A stretch of DNA of 57,283 nucleotides from Acidobacteriota bacterium. Its GTDB lineage: Bacteria; Acidobacteriota; Terriglobia; Acidiferrales; 2-02-FULL-67-57. Of the stretch, positions 45,204 to 54,998 are shown one piece after another (position 1 is the stretch's first letter; every line of letters starts with the position of its first letter). The stretch is taken from positions 1-57,283 of the forward strand of contig JACQTJ010000098.1 of assembly GCA_016210855.1 (NCBI GenBank), written 5' to 3'. A program made the position numbers and the translations under genes. The notes under the pieces are model-generated. The model made no database searches. It was not told the DNA's origin and saw only the letters and a list, made by a program, of their open reading frames with translations.

Positions 45204-46391
45204 CTATCGCAGGGCCTTGCTCAGGACGTCAAGGTATTTCATCCCGCTGCCGGTGTTCAAGAGCACGACCACGTCGTCTCGGCCGATGACCCGGCTCTCG
45301 ATCAACCGGGGCAACGCCGCCAGCGTGGCCGCGCCCTCTGGGCAGCCGAAGATCCCTTCTTGGCGGGCCCAGGCGCGCACCGCAGCGAGAATGTCTTTGT
45401 CGCTCACGGCGATGGCCGCCCCGTGGCTCCGGCGGATGGCGTCGAGAATCAGGAAGTCGCCCAAGGGTTTCGGCACGCGCAAGCCTGCGGCAAGGGTGCG
45501 GGCCCACTTCCAGGGTTGCGATTGGCTCTTTCCCTGCTCGAAGGCACGAACCACGGGGGCACAGCCGCTGGCCTGGACAGCAATCATCTTGGGGCGCGCC
45601 GGCCCAATCCAGCCAAGCGCTTCCATTTCTTCAAAGGCCTTCCACATCCCGATCAAGCCCACGCCGCCGCCCGTCGGATAGAGGATGGCGTCAGGCAGGC
45701 GCCCGCCGAGCTGCTCGTAGAGCTCGTAGCCGAGCGTCTTCTTGCCTTCCACGCGGTAGGGCTCCTGGAGGGTAGACATGTCGAACCAGCCTTCGCGCTG
45801 CTTGCGCTGGGCGAGCAGGCGGGCGCAGTCGCTGATCAATCCATCCACCAGAATCAGGCGCGCGCCGTGGGCCTGGCATTCAAGCCGGTTCGCCCGCGGG
45901 GCGTCTTTCGGCATCAGGACGTAGGCTTCCAATCCGGCGCGGGCGGCGTAGGCGGCTAGCGCCCCGCCGGCGTTCCCGGCCGTGGGCAGGGCCAGCTTGC
46001 GCGCTCCCAGGGCGCGAGCCTGCGAGACGCCCGTCGCCAGCCCGCGGGCCTTGAAGGTCCCGGTGGGATTCGAGGACTCATCCTTCAAATACAGCTGCGC
46101 CAGGCCGCACTCCGCTCCCAAGCGTGGAAGCAGGAGCAAGGGCGTCCCGCCTTCGCCGAGAGCGACCGCTTCGCTGGCTTTTCCCGGAAGGACTTCCTCG
46201 TAGCGCCACAGGTCGCGGCGGCGTCCGGCCAGGCCTTCGCGGGTCAACGTGCGCCCGGCCCGCACCAGGTCGTAGCGGGCGAGCAGCGGCCCGCCGCAGG
46301 AGCACAAGTTCTGCAATCGGTCGGCGGGAAGAGTGGCCCGGCAGCGGGAGCATTCGAGATGAGTAAGGGCGGAGTCGGCCATCAGAGACAA
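45204..46391 (-). CDS. thrC: threonine synthase
   Basis: N-terminal Zn-ribbon-like CSRC...CSCG, PLP-lysine motif NPTGTFKARG, and a Gly-rich loop. Confidence 0.9.
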   Translation of the reverse strand: MSLMADSALTHLECSRCRATLPADRLQNLCSCGGPLLARYDLVRAGRTLTREGLAGRRRDLWRYEEVLPGKASEAVALGEGGTPLLLLPRLGAECGLAQLYLKDESSNPTGTFKARGLATGVSQARALGARKLALPTAGNAGGALAAYAARAGLEAYVLMPKDAPRANRLECQAHGARLILVDGLISDCARLLAQRKQREGWFDMSTLQEPYRVEGKKTLGYELYEQLGGRLPDAILYPTGGGVGLIGMWKAFEEMEALGWIGPARPKMIAVQASGCAPVVRAFEQGKSQSQPWKWARTLAAGLRVPKPLGDFLILDAIRRSHGAAIAVSDKDILAAVRAWARQEGIFGCPEGAATLAALPRLIESRVIGRDDVVVLLNTGSGMKYLDVLSKALR

Positions 46392-46470
46392 AGACAGCGC
46401 AGTCTAGCAAAGGGCCCGCGCGCGGGACAAGGCGGGCGGCTCTCGAGGCGCGTGCTATGATGACCGAGGA

Positions 46471-47313
46471 ATGAAGACGGCCATTCGGCTGCTGGCTATT
46501 GACATTGACGGCACGCTCCTCGATAGCCGCTTCGAGCTTTCCGCGGCCAACCGAGAAGCGGTGGTGGCGGCCCACGGTCGCGGGGTGGAAATCGTGCTGG
46601 TCACCGGGCGCCGCTTCGCTTTCGCCCGCTCCATCGTGGAGCAATTCCCTATGGAGCTGACCGTCATCGCGAGCAACGGGGCGCTGGTAAAATCAAAGGA
46701 TGGAGCCACGCTGTGGCGCCAGCTGCTACCCCGGGAACAGGCCCGCGCCGTGCTTCGAGCCGCCGGACCGGAGCGCGGACGGGCCCTGCTGCTCTTCGAC
46801 CGCGACGGGAAGGGCCAGATCGTCACCGAAAACACCGACCCGGCCCACGCGCCCGTCGAAGGCTACTTCGAGCGGAACCGGGCTTACCTGATGGAGGTTA
46901 AGCCGCTCGAAGAGGCGCTTACGGAAGACCCGATCCAGGTGCTGTTCGTCGGAGGAGTGCAGCCGATGCGGGCCCTCGAGCAACAGCTCCTGCAGGCGCC
47001 CTGTGCGAGCGCCATCACTGTGGCCCGGGCCGAGTACCCGCGGCGCGACTTCACCCTGCTCGACGTCCTTGACTGCGGCTGCAACAAGGGCCGAGCCCTG
47101 GCCCGCTGGGCGGTCAGCCGTGGCCTGCTCCGCGAGCAGACCATGGCCATCGGCGACAACTGGAACGACCTGGAGATGCTCGAATTCGCCGGCCTCCCCG
47201 TGCTCATGGAAAATAGCAGCGAGGAGCTCAAGCAGCGGGGCTGGGCGGTCACAGCCAGCAACGACGACAGCGGCGTGGCCACCGCCGTCCGCAGGTACGT
47301 GCTTTCCTCCTAG
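46471..47313 (+). CDS. Cof-type HAD-IIB phosphatase
   Basis: LLAIDIDGTLL, VTGR and GDNWNDLEM motifs. Confidence 0.88.
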   Translation: MKTAIRLLAIDIDGTLLDSRFELSAANREAVVAAHGRGVEIVLVTGRRFAFARSIVEQFPMELTVIASNGALVKSKDGATLWRQLLPREQARAVLRAAGPERGRALLLFDRDGKGQIVTENTDPAHAPVEGYFERNRAYLMEVKPLEEALTEDPIQVLFVGGVQPMRALEQQLLQAPCASAITVARAEYPRRDFTLLDVLDCGCNKGRALARWAVSRGLLREQTMAIGDNWNDLEMLEFAGLPVLMENSSEELKQRGWAVTASNDDSGVATAVRRYVLSS

Positions 47314-47924
47314 CGAGGCGCCGAGCCGGGCGGCGGAGGCACGGGAGGCGCCTGCGGCGGCGTGCCGCTGCCCGGAGGCTGCCCGCTTCCATCCTGGGTC
47401 GGGTCGTAGATGAACTCCCACTCGGAGTAGCGGCCGTAGCCGTGGTAAACCCGGATGGCGCGGGCCTGGCTGTGGCTGGCCACCCCGGCCAGGGGCAACG
47501 TGCTCTCGCCTGTTTCGGACTGGCCCGAGCCCCGAGGCGCTTCCCGCTCGTTCGCGGTGCGGCCGCTCTCCGGCTGTCCAGCCGGCCCCTGCCGGGTCAG
47601 GGAGCCGATGAACTCGCCGCTCGGGCCAACGCGGATCAGGCGCCAGCGCCCGTCCGGGGTCATGGGGTCGCGGAACTCGCGGCGCAGGAAGCCGCGCTCG
47701 TTCGTGCGCAGCAGCTCTTCGAGAGTGCGCGGGTAGCGGCCGAAGGCGCGGTAGAATCGCCCGATGGCCCGCCGGTACTGCTCGCCGCGGAAGATGAGCT
47801 CCTCCTCTTTTTCGCGCTGGCCCTGGGTGACGAAGCGAGGGACAGCCGTAGAGAGCGAAATCAGAACGAGCGCAGCCAGCAGCAGAACGATGAGCAAGGC
47901 GTAGCCGGACTGGCGCGAGCGCAT
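47310..47924 (-). CDS. prepilin-like (pseudopilin/minor pilin-like) protein without Glu+5
   Basis: MRSRQSGYALLIVLLLAALVLISL is an N-terminal prepilin-type segment. The C-terminal region is Pro/Gly-rich. Confidence 0.6.
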   Translation of the reverse strand: MRSRQSGYALLIVLLLAALVLISLSTAVPRFVTQGQREKEEELIFRGEQYRRAIGRFYRAFGRYPRTLEELLRTNERGFLRREFRDPMTPDGRWRLIRVGPSGEFIGSLTRQGPAGQPESGRTANEREAPRGSGQSETGESTLPLAGVASHSQARAIRVYHGYGRYSEWEFIYDPTQDGSGQPPGSGTPPQAPPVPPPPGSAPR

Positions 47925-47925
47925 C

Positions 47926-48444
47926 TCAGGGCTGCTCCAGGGAAACCACCCAGCGCTGGTTCCCCACTAGGTCTTCCACTTCCACGCTCTCGTTCCGCAC
48001 TCGCGCCAGGCGATACCGTTTCAGGATGACGTCGCCTTCGGCGGCCACGTAGATTTCATCGCCGTCGGTCAGAAAGACCTGGCGCTTGCCGCCCGCGCTG
48101 CTCTCGACGAACCCGTAGAAGCGCACCGGAGCTGGCCGCGGCGGGGCGGCTGCCGGAGGTGCCGCTGCGGTCGCAGCCGCTTGAGCCGGCACCGACGCTG
48201 CCTGGGCGGCGTACTCGAAGATGTTGCGGCGGGGGCCCGAGGACACTCCCTTGGTCGGATCGCGCCGGGCAATCTCCAACAAGGAGTCGGGAAAGGCCAA
48301 GACTCCCGCTCGTGTCCCTGCCGGAACCCGCGCTGCCTCCCTTTCCGGAGTGGCCGCCGCCGGAGAAGACCGCCGCAGCACATTGATGCTCACAAGTATC
48401 CCGACAAGCACCAGCAGCATGCCGAGTTTGGCCTTTTGTGTCAT
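47926..48444 (-). CDS. PilP/GspC-like pilus assembly protein
   Basis: N-terminal TM helix, an Ala/Pro-rich linker, and a C-terminal beta domain (VRFYGFVESSAGGKRQVFLTDGDEIYVAAEGDVI). Sits after pilO. Confidence 0.5.
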   Translation of the reverse strand: MTQKAKLGMLLVLVGILVSINVLRRSSPAAATPEREAARVPAGTRAGVLAFPDSLLEIARRDPTKGVSSGPRRNIFEYAAQAASVPAQAAATAAAPPAAAPPRPAPVRFYGFVESSAGGKRQVFLTDGDEIYVAAEGDVILKRYRLARVRNESVEVEDLVGNQRWVVSLEQP

Positions 48445-48995
48445 GCCGCGCCTCGTCGGAAGTAGGTGATCAAGCGCATCTCCAAACGCACCTGGCCGCC
48501 CCGCGCGCTTGCCAGGGTCAGGCTGCTGGTGAGGTAGAAGTGCGGCGAGCGCTCGAGCTGCTCCAAATAGTCGAGCAGCTCGTCGTACTGGCCCTGGACG
48601 CTCGTGGCCATGTCCACGCGCAGCAGCCCGGGCCGCAACCTCTCCACACCCGTCTGGTAGGAGACCCGCCCCAGAAAAACGCCAGAATTCTGGGCGACCT
48701 CCTCGAGCTCGGCTGCCACTGCGGAGAATCCGGTGCTCTCCGGCAGGAACCGCTCGCGGCCGAACTGGTCAAGCCGGGGCCCGAAGCCCGGGGCAAGTTC
48801 CCGCACCCGCTCGAGCCGCGCCACCTCGGCAGCGCGCGCCGCCACCTCCTGGGCCAGGTGTTCGACCTGGGCGGGTTCGGTTTCGAAGGGCCCCACTGGA
48901 CGCCGCACCCAGCCGAAATACGCCCCAGCATCGAGAGCGAGCAAGGCCACGAGTCCCAGGGTGATGCCGTGGCGGACAGCGAACAGGCGATTCAT
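48441..48995 (-). CDS. pilO: PilO-like pilus assembly protein
   Basis: One TM helix plus a coiled coil and ferredoxin-like domain. Position in the pilMNO order. 4-nt overlaps on both sides. Confidence 0.65.
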   Translation of the reverse strand: MNRLFAVRHGITLGLVALLALDAGAYFGWVRRPVGPFETEPAQVEHLAQEVAARAAEVARLERVRELAPGFGPRLDQFGRERFLPESTGFSAVAAELEEVAQNSGVFLGRVSYQTGVERLRPGLLRVDMATSVQGQYDELLDYLEQLERSPHFYLTSSLTLASARGGQVRLEMRLITYFRRGAA

Positions 48996-49567
48996 TGTCC
49001 TGGCCCCTGCATGTAAACGGCGCTGACGCGGGCCACCACGGGATCCGACTCCGGATTCTCGGCCCGCGTCTGGGAGTGCAGCTCAATTTCGCGGAACTTC
49101 TGGCCCTCCTCAAGGGCGCGCAGGAAGCGGATGACAGCTTGGGGTGATTCCCCGCCCACCTGCAGCTCCACCTGCAAAGGGCCGTCTTCGCGCAGGCTGG
49201 GTGAGAGCGTAAGGATGCGCACCCGCGGGGGCAGCCGCTCCTCAAGGTCCGAGAACAGTTGCGCCCAAGAGAGATTCTTCTGGCGGATGAGTCCGTTCAT
49301 AAACCGGACTCGCTCGAGCAATGCCTGTAGGGCCGGGTGCTGCAGCTCGCTCTCCAGTCGCTCCTGCTCCTTGATGAGCCGGGCCTGCTCGGCCTTGAGC
49401 TCGCGCATCCGCGACTGCGCGGTCCTGCGCTCCTGCCACAGGCTTCCGGCGTTGACCCCTACCCAGACGGTTGCCCCCAAGGTAACCACGGCCAGCAGGC
49501 CGACGGTCAGCAAGAAGCGCCGGTAGGGGACAAACGGCGCGCTGGCCAGATTGATGGCGCTTCTCAT
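48992..49567 (-). CDS. pilN: PilN-like pilus assembly protein
   Basis: INLASAPF N-terminal motif, a TM helix, then a coiled coil. Confidence 0.7.
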   Translation of the reverse strand: MRSAINLASAPFVPYRRFLLTVGLLAVVTLGATVWVGVNAGSLWQERRTAQSRMRELKAEQARLIKEQERLESELQHPALQALLERVRFMNGLIRQKNLSWAQLFSDLEERLPPRVRILTLSPSLREDGPLQVELQVGGESPQAVIRFLRALEEGQKFREIELHSQTRAENPESDPVVARVSAVYMQGPGQ

Positions 49568-50526
49568 CCCATCTCTCCGCGGACCCAGCCGAGGCTCGGA
49601 AGCAGTCGCGCGTCCGGGCTGGCGCCCGACATCGGGGACGGTGGCAGATCAAAGTCTGCGGGATTGAACTCCGTCAGCGTGCAGCCCACCTCGTGCTGCA
49701 GCTGCCGTGCCAGCCCCGAGCGACTCCCGACCGCTCCGGCCAGCACCGCCTCGCTGACCGACTGGCCCCACTGGTCCTGGAAATAAACCAGGGCCGGATA
49801 GATCTTATCGAAAAGCCGCTCGTCGTCCGAGGAATCTTCCCCGATCGGCAGGGGGAGGCTGCGGAACAGCCGCACGGCACCCTCTTGCGCCACGGCCAGA
49901 CTCAACGAGGTGCGGTCGCGCTTAACCAGGAGTCGCGGGGAAGCTCCCCAGACATCCATGCCCCCCAGGGCCGCCAGCGTCGAGAGCGTCACCCACCCGG
50001 GCTGCAACCCCAGCCCTTCCAGACACTCTTCATACTGCCGCAACAAGTTGCGCAGGCAGACGGCCACCAGAACTTGCTGTCCGCCGGAGTGCCCCGGGTG
50101 GGTCTCAAAGGCAAGAGCCGCCGTGCCGACGTCGAACGGGAGGTCTTTGCCGAGCCGCCAGCGCAGCATGGCATCCAGCTCCGCGGAACTCTTCCCCACC
50201 TGGTCAAACTCAAGGACAGCGACGCGCGCCACCAGGTCGGGCACGAGCAAGACACAGCGCCGGTGTCCATCAGCCACATCGCCGAGCACCGGCTCCAAAG
50301 CCTGACGGAGAGCGGTGGGGTTGGCGATATTCTCGGCGAGTGGCGCCGGGCGGACGGCGCCTTCGGGGAGAGAACGCGCCGCCCAGGCCTCTACGTGCCC
50401 CCCACGGTGTCGCACCGCGACCACGTAGTCGGCAGCCACCTCGCAGACCAGGGGAACGTCTCCTGGAGAGGACAGCCAGTTCGCCAGGCGACGAAGAAGC
50501 GAGAGGTGGGACCGAGCCAGGGCCAT
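49564..50526 (-). CDS. pilM: PilM-like actin-fold pilus assembly protein
   Basis: Start set at the ATG at 50526 (MALARSH), 5 nt after the pilB stop. Length and position fit PilM. The upstream part of the track ORF overlaps pilB. Confidence 0.65.
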   Translation of the reverse strand: MALARSHLSLLRRLANWLSSPGDVPLVCEVAADYVVAVRHRGGHVEAWAARSLPEGAVRPAPLAENIANPTALRQALEPVLGDVADGHRRCVLLVPDLVARVAVLEFDQVGKSSAELDAMLRWRLGKDLPFDVGTAALAFETHPGHSGGQQVLVAVCLRNLLRQYEECLEGLGLQPGWVTLSTLAALGGMDVWGASPRLLVKRDRTSLSLAVAQEGAVRLFRSLPLPIGEDSSDDERLFDKIYPALVYFQDQWGQSVSEAVLAGAVGSRSGLARQLQHEVGCTLTEFNPADFDLPPSPMSGASPDARLLPSLGWVRGEMG

Positions 50527-50531
50527 GCCAG

Positions 50532-52157
50532 CTACACCGTCTCGATGAAGGTGACCTTGTTCAATTCGCGCAAGGTGGTGATGCCAGCGCGGACCTTCTC
50601 CACGCCCGACTCCCGCAGGAAACGCATGCCTTCCTGGCGGGCGGCGTGCTTGATTTCCGAGGTGGGCTTGCGGGCAACGATCATCTCGCGGATGGGGTCG
50701 CTCAGGTCGAGCAGCTCGCAGATGGCGGTACGGCCGCGGAAGCCGGTGCCGTGGCATTCGACGCAGCCCGTGCCTTCGTAAAAGGGCACGCCCTTCCACT
50801 GCTCGTAGGGGAGGCCGCACTCTTCCAAGACCTCGCGCGGATAGCGCACGGCGTGTTTGCAGTTCTCGCAGATGACCCGCACCAAGCGCTGGGCGAGGAT
50901 GCAATTCAGGGCGGAGACGAAGTTATAGGGCTCCACGCCCATGTTGAGAAAGCGCCCGATAACGTCGACGACGTTGTTGGCGTGGACGGTGGTGAACACC
51001 AGGTGGCCGGTCAGCGCCGACTGGATGGCGATCTGGGCGGTCTCGAGGTCGCGGATCTCGCCGACCATGATCTTGTCCGGGTCGTGCCGCAGGATGGAGC
51101 GCAGGCCGCGGGCGAAGGTCAGGCCCTTGCGCTCGTTCACCGGGATCTGGGTGACGCCCTTGATCTGGTACTCGACCGGGTCCTCAATGGTGAGGATCTT
51201 GTCCTCATCGGACTTGATCTCGGAGAGCGCGGCGTAGAGGGTGGTGGTCTTGCCGCTGCCTGTGGGCCCGGTGACCAACACCATCCCGTAGGGCTCGCGG
51301 ATGTAGCGGCGGAACTTCTTGAGCTCCGCCTCGGCAAAGCCCACCACGTCCAGGTTCAGGGTGCGGAACTTTTCGCTCAGGGATTCCTTGTCCAGGATGC
51401 GCAGCACCGCATCTTCGCCGTGAATGGAGGGCATGATGGAAACGCGGAAGTCGATGGGCCGGCCCTTATAGCGGACGCGGAAGCGCCCGTCCTGGGGGAC
51501 ACGGCGCTCGGCGATGTCAAGCTCGGACATCACCTTGATGCGCGAAATGATGGCGGCGTGCCATTCCTTGGCGAGCGGAGCCATGGCGGGGTGGAGCACC
51601 CCGTCAATTCGGTACTTGACCACCACTTCGCTGTCCCCGGTTTCGATGTGGATGTCGCTCGCCCGCCGCTCCAGAGCGTTGAAGATGGTCGAGTCCACCA
51701 GGCGGATGACGGGGCTGTTGTCGGTGTCGCGGGTGAGTCGCTCGCCGGAGATGGTTTCCTCGCTCTCGTCCGTCTCCCGCACCACGTCCAGCCGAAAACC
51801 TTCGGTCACCTCTTCCAGCACTCGCTGCGACTGCTCGCTTTTTTTGAGGATGTCGGCGATCTGCTCCCGGGTGGCCACCTTGACCACTACATTCCGTCCC
51901 AAGCGCACGGCCAGGTCGTCGGCCACGAAGAATTGGCTAGGGTCGGCCATGGCCACCACCAGAGTCCCGTCGGTGGCCTCGAGGGGGATGAAGTTGTGCC
52001 GGAACATCAGATCCACGGGGATCAGGCGAAAGAGGTCGGAGTCGATGCGCTGCCGGGTGAGGTCCACGAACTCACAACGGTAGCGGGCGGCGAGTTGCCG
52101 GGCGCGTTCGACTTCGTCCGGCACCGGGCTGGTGGGATGGGGGGGGTCGGTGGACAT
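50532..52157 (-). CDS. pilB: type IV pilus / type II secretion assembly ATPase (GspE/PilB family)
   Basis: Walker A GPTGSGKTTT, Asp and His boxes, and a tetracysteine motif CENCKH...CVECHGTG. Confidence 0.92.
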   Translation of the reverse strand: MSTDPPHPTSPVPDEVERARQLAARYRCEFVDLTRQRIDSDLFRLIPVDLMFRHNFIPLEATDGTLVVAMADPSQFFVADDLAVRLGRNVVVKVATREQIADILKKSEQSQRVLEEVTEGFRLDVVRETDESEETISGERLTRDTDNSPVIRLVDSTIFNALERRASDIHIETGDSEVVVKYRIDGVLHPAMAPLAKEWHAAIISRIKVMSELDIAERRVPQDGRFRVRYKGRPIDFRVSIMPSIHGEDAVLRILDKESLSEKFRTLNLDVVGFAEAELKKFRRYIREPYGMVLVTGPTGSGKTTTLYAALSEIKSDEDKILTIEDPVEYQIKGVTQIPVNERKGLTFARGLRSILRHDPDKIMVGEIRDLETAQIAIQSALTGHLVFTTVHANNVVDVIGRFLNMGVEPYNFVSALNCILAQRLVRVICENCKHAVRYPREVLEECGLPYEQWKGVPFYEGTGCVECHGTGFRGRTAICELLDLSDPIREMIVARKPTSEIKHAARQEGMRFLRESGVEKVRAGITTLRELNKVTFIETV

Positions 52158-52166
52158 CGTGGTCTC

Positions 52167-53411
52167 CTAGCGCACCAGGGTTCCCATGGAAAAGATGGGC
52201 AAATACAGGGCAATCAAGATTACCAACACCGTTCCCGCCACCACCAGCAACAGCAGCGGCTCCACCAGTGCCAGCAGCGCCGCCAGCTGGGCGCTCAACT
52301 CCTCCTCGTAGAATTCCGCCACGCTGTTGAGCATCTGGGGGAGGGCGCCTGTGCTTTCGCCCACTTCGACCATCTCGGTAAGGAGACCCGGGACGACGCC
52401 GGTGGCGGCCAGGGCGGCGTGCAGGCTCTGACCCTCGCGCACCTGCCGGGTGGCACTGGCGACGGCGCGGCGCAGGACCGGGCTTTCCATAGCGCCGCCC
52501 GCGACTTCGAGCGAGGCGACCACCGGGATGCCGCCGGCAAGCAGCGTGCTGAGCGTGCGGCAGAATTGCGCCAGACGGAACCGCAGCAGGATGCCGCCCA
52601 CCACGGGCAGCTTCATCCGCATCTGGTCGAGCGCGCGCGCCCCGGCTTCGGTGCGGGCAGCCAGCAGACCAGCGGTCACCAGCGCTCCCGCCAAGAGCGC
52701 CACCAGCAGGACAGAGTCCTTCACCTGCAGGGCAAACGCAACCACCATCACCGTCAAGGCCGGCAGGACGGCATTCATCTCCGTGTACAGCCGGGAGAAC
52801 TGGGGGATGACATAGATGATGACAAAGCTGAGCACGACCGCCGAGACCAGTACCAGCAGAGCGGGATAGACGAGGGCAGTGAGCAGACGGCGGCGCACGC
52901 TGCTCGTAACCTTAAGGTAGCTGACGTAGTAGTCGAGTACGCCCGCCAAGTTGCCGCTGCGCTCGCCGGCGAGCAGGGAGGCGGTGTACACCGCGGGAAA
53001 GACTCCCTGAGCCTCAAAGGCCTCCGACAGCGAAGCGCCTCCGTGGACGCGCTCGCGAACTGCGGTGAGCAGGGCCCGCAGGGCCGGACGGGCCGCCCGT
53101 TCGGCCAGCAGTTCGAGTCCTCGCAGAATGGGCAGGCCGGCGCGGATGAGGGTAACGAACTGCTGGTTGAAAAGCAGGAAATCGTTGCTGGGCAGCCGCC
53201 GGCGCGCTGGCCAGCGCCAGCGGATGCCAGAAACGGCGTTGGCCCGCACCGAATAGATGAGCAGGCCCTTTTGAGCCAGCCGCCGGCGCACTTCGGCTTC
53301 CGACTCGGCCGACTCCACCTGCACGGAAACCTGGCCGCGGGCGTCCGCTACCTTGCAGACAAACTCACCCATCGGGTCCCTGATCCCAACCGCAACCTGT
53401 GAGTCTAGCAC
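52167..53411 (-). CDS. pilC: type IV pilus / type II secretion platform protein (GspF/PilC family)
   Basis: Duplicated GspF domains (FNQQFVTLIRAGLPIL; FCRTLSTLLAGGIPV). 414 aa. Confidence 0.9.
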   Translation of the reverse strand: MLDSQVAVGIRDPMGEFVCKVADARGQVSVQVESAESEAEVRRRLAQKGLLIYSVRANAVSGIRWRWPARRRLPSNDFLLFNQQFVTLIRAGLPILRGLELLAERAARPALRALLTAVRERVHGGASLSEAFEAQGVFPAVYTASLLAGERSGNLAGVLDYYVSYLKVTSSVRRRLLTALVYPALLVLVSAVVLSFVIIYVIPQFSRLYTEMNAVLPALTVMVVAFALQVKDSVLLVALLAGALVTAGLLAARTEAGARALDQMRMKLPVVGGILLRFRLAQFCRTLSTLLAGGIPVVASLEVAGGAMESPVLRRAVASATRQVREGQSLHAALAATGVVPGLLTEMVEVGESTGALPQMLNSVAEFYEEELSAQLAALLALVEPLLLLVVAGTVLVILIALYLPIFSMGTLVR

Positions 53412-53452
53412 CGGGCGGGCCGCGAAGGAAAGTCGAAGGCCTCGAAAGCCCC

Positions 53453-54109
53453 TCAGGAGGGGCCTTCGTCGAGCCAGGCAGTCCCGGGCGGCACCCGCAA
53501 CCGGAAGAGGTCCGGCGGCAGTGGTTGGCCTTCCCGCCAGCGGCGGAAGTGGAATTCCATCAGGCTGCCATCGCGCTGGCGGATTTCGATGCGCAGCACC
53601 TGGTAGCGGTCGTTGAGGTCGAGCCAGACTTCTTCGAAGGCCTGCTTTTTGGAACGGGCGCGGCCGCGCAACTGCCAGCGGACGGAGCCCTCAAGCTCGT
53701 GGACGCGAACCAACTGCATTCGGTCGAACATTCTTTCCAGTTTCACCCGCCCGAGCAGCAGGGCAAAGGTCGCTTGCCATTCCGGGGCCTGCTTGATGCG
53801 CTGGCGGCGGGCTTGCTGCTCGGCGGGGACGTAAAGGTAGGCGTATTCCCCATCCGTCAGGAAAAGCTTTGGCTCGGGAGAATCGTAGTCCCAGCGCATG
53901 CGGCCAGGCTTCTGGAAGTAGACGCGGCCCGATTCGACCAGGGTGGTCGAGCCCAGGGTGTAGCGCTGCACGAAGTGGGCTTCGAGCGTCCGGGTGCGGT
54001 TGTAGTGCTGCTCGACGCCTTGGACGATTTCCTTCAGGCTCGGCTCGGCGGGGGCGGCCGGGCCGCCAAGTAGCAAGCCTACCAGCAGAGAGGCCAGCTG
54101 CCGGCTCAC
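53453..54109 (-). CDS. LolA-like outer-membrane lipoprotein carrier fold protein
   Basis: Signal peptide and typical F.Q......G.VYFQKPGRMRWDY motif. Confidence 0.75.
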   Translation of the reverse strand: MSRQLASLLVGLLLGGPAAPAEPSLKEIVQGVEQHYNRTRTLEAHFVQRYTLGSTTLVESGRVYFQKPGRMRWDYDSPEPKLFLTDGEYAYLYVPAEQQARRQRIKQAPEWQATFALLLGRVKLERMFDRMQLVRVHELEGSVRWQLRGRARSKKQAFEEVWLDLNDRYQVLRIEIRQRDGSLMEFHFRRWREGQPLPPDLFRLRVPPGTAWLDEGPS

Positions 54110-54993
54110 TTTTCCCGTCCTAGGGTGGAGGTGGTGATGGGGCTCTGGGGGTCGAGCCGAACGCGCCCCTGCGGGCCGAGACGGTATGGATAGCCCACAG
54201 GATCGGCCGGGAGCCGCCGCAGGAGACCGGCGGCGACAAGCTCCTGGAAAGACTGCGCCGGCTTGCCGGTCTGCTTCCGGTAGCGCTCGAGGAGGGTGTG
54301 GAGGATTTCGATGTCGTCATCCACCTGAAGACCGGCCAGATGATCGAGGGCATTGTCGCGGACCATGCGGTCCTTGGTGCTGTTGTAGAGCTCGGTCCAG
54401 AGGAAGCGGGCCCAGCGACGGCTGCCGCCCTCGGCAGCGATCTGGGCGGCCATGACCCGCATCCAAGGGCCGGCTCCTGGCTTGTCGGCCCCGCTGTAGA
54501 AGGCCTCGGCGGCCCGCGAGTAGTCCTTCAGGCTGCGGTAATAGACGAAGCCCAGGTCGTACCACAGGCGCCAGTCATCGGGGTGCTGCTGGAGGCCCTT
54601 TTGAAGCAAAGCAATGGCCTTTTCGGGCTGGCCGGGCCCGCGGGGGGGCTCCTCGGTCAGGAAGATGGAGCCGAACCGATAGGCCCAGATGAACTCGGGG
54701 TCGAGGGTGGTGGTGATGTCGAGCAGGGGATAGAGAAGCGTGTAGCCCTGCGTCCCCAGGCGCTCGCGGCCGAAGTGCTGCACGGCCCGGGTCCAATAGA
54801 TGCAGGCCAGCAGGCCGTCGTAGCCCATCGCCAGCCGCTTGACCCACTGAGGCGAAGACAAGTAGAGGAGCTGCTGCTCGGTGCCCCGGTCCGCCAAGGC
54901 ATCGTCGATGCACTTCTGTAAGCAGACGATTCCATAACCACCCACAAGGGCGACGAGCACTGCCCCCGGGAGCCAGCGACGGACAGGAATCAT
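54106..54993 (-). CDS. membrane-anchored TPR-like protein
   Basis: N-terminal TM helix and TPR-like repeats (AIALLQKGLQQHPDDWRLWYDLGFVYYRSLKDYSRAAEAF). Confidence 0.6.
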   Translation of the reverse strand: MIPVRRWLPGAVLVALVGGYGIVCLQKCIDDALADRGTEQQLLYLSSPQWVKRLAMGYDGLLACIYWTRAVQHFGRERLGTQGYTLLYPLLDITTTLDPEFIWAYRFGSIFLTEEPPRGPGQPEKAIALLQKGLQQHPDDWRLWYDLGFVYYRSLKDYSRAAEAFYSGADKPGAGPWMRVMAAQIAAEGGSRRWARFLWTELYNSTKDRMVRDNALDHLAGLQVDDDIEILHTLLERYRKQTGKPAQSFQELVAAGLLRRLPADPVGYPYRLGPQGRVRLDPQSPITTSTLGREK

Positions 54994-54998
54994 GACAG

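Noticed and set aside
50340-53402. 1020-aa plus-strand ORF, the longest in this region
   Set aside because: It is antisense to pilB and pilC, which have Walker, tetracysteine and GspF motifs. The product is low-complexity and rich in Gly, Ala, His and Asp.
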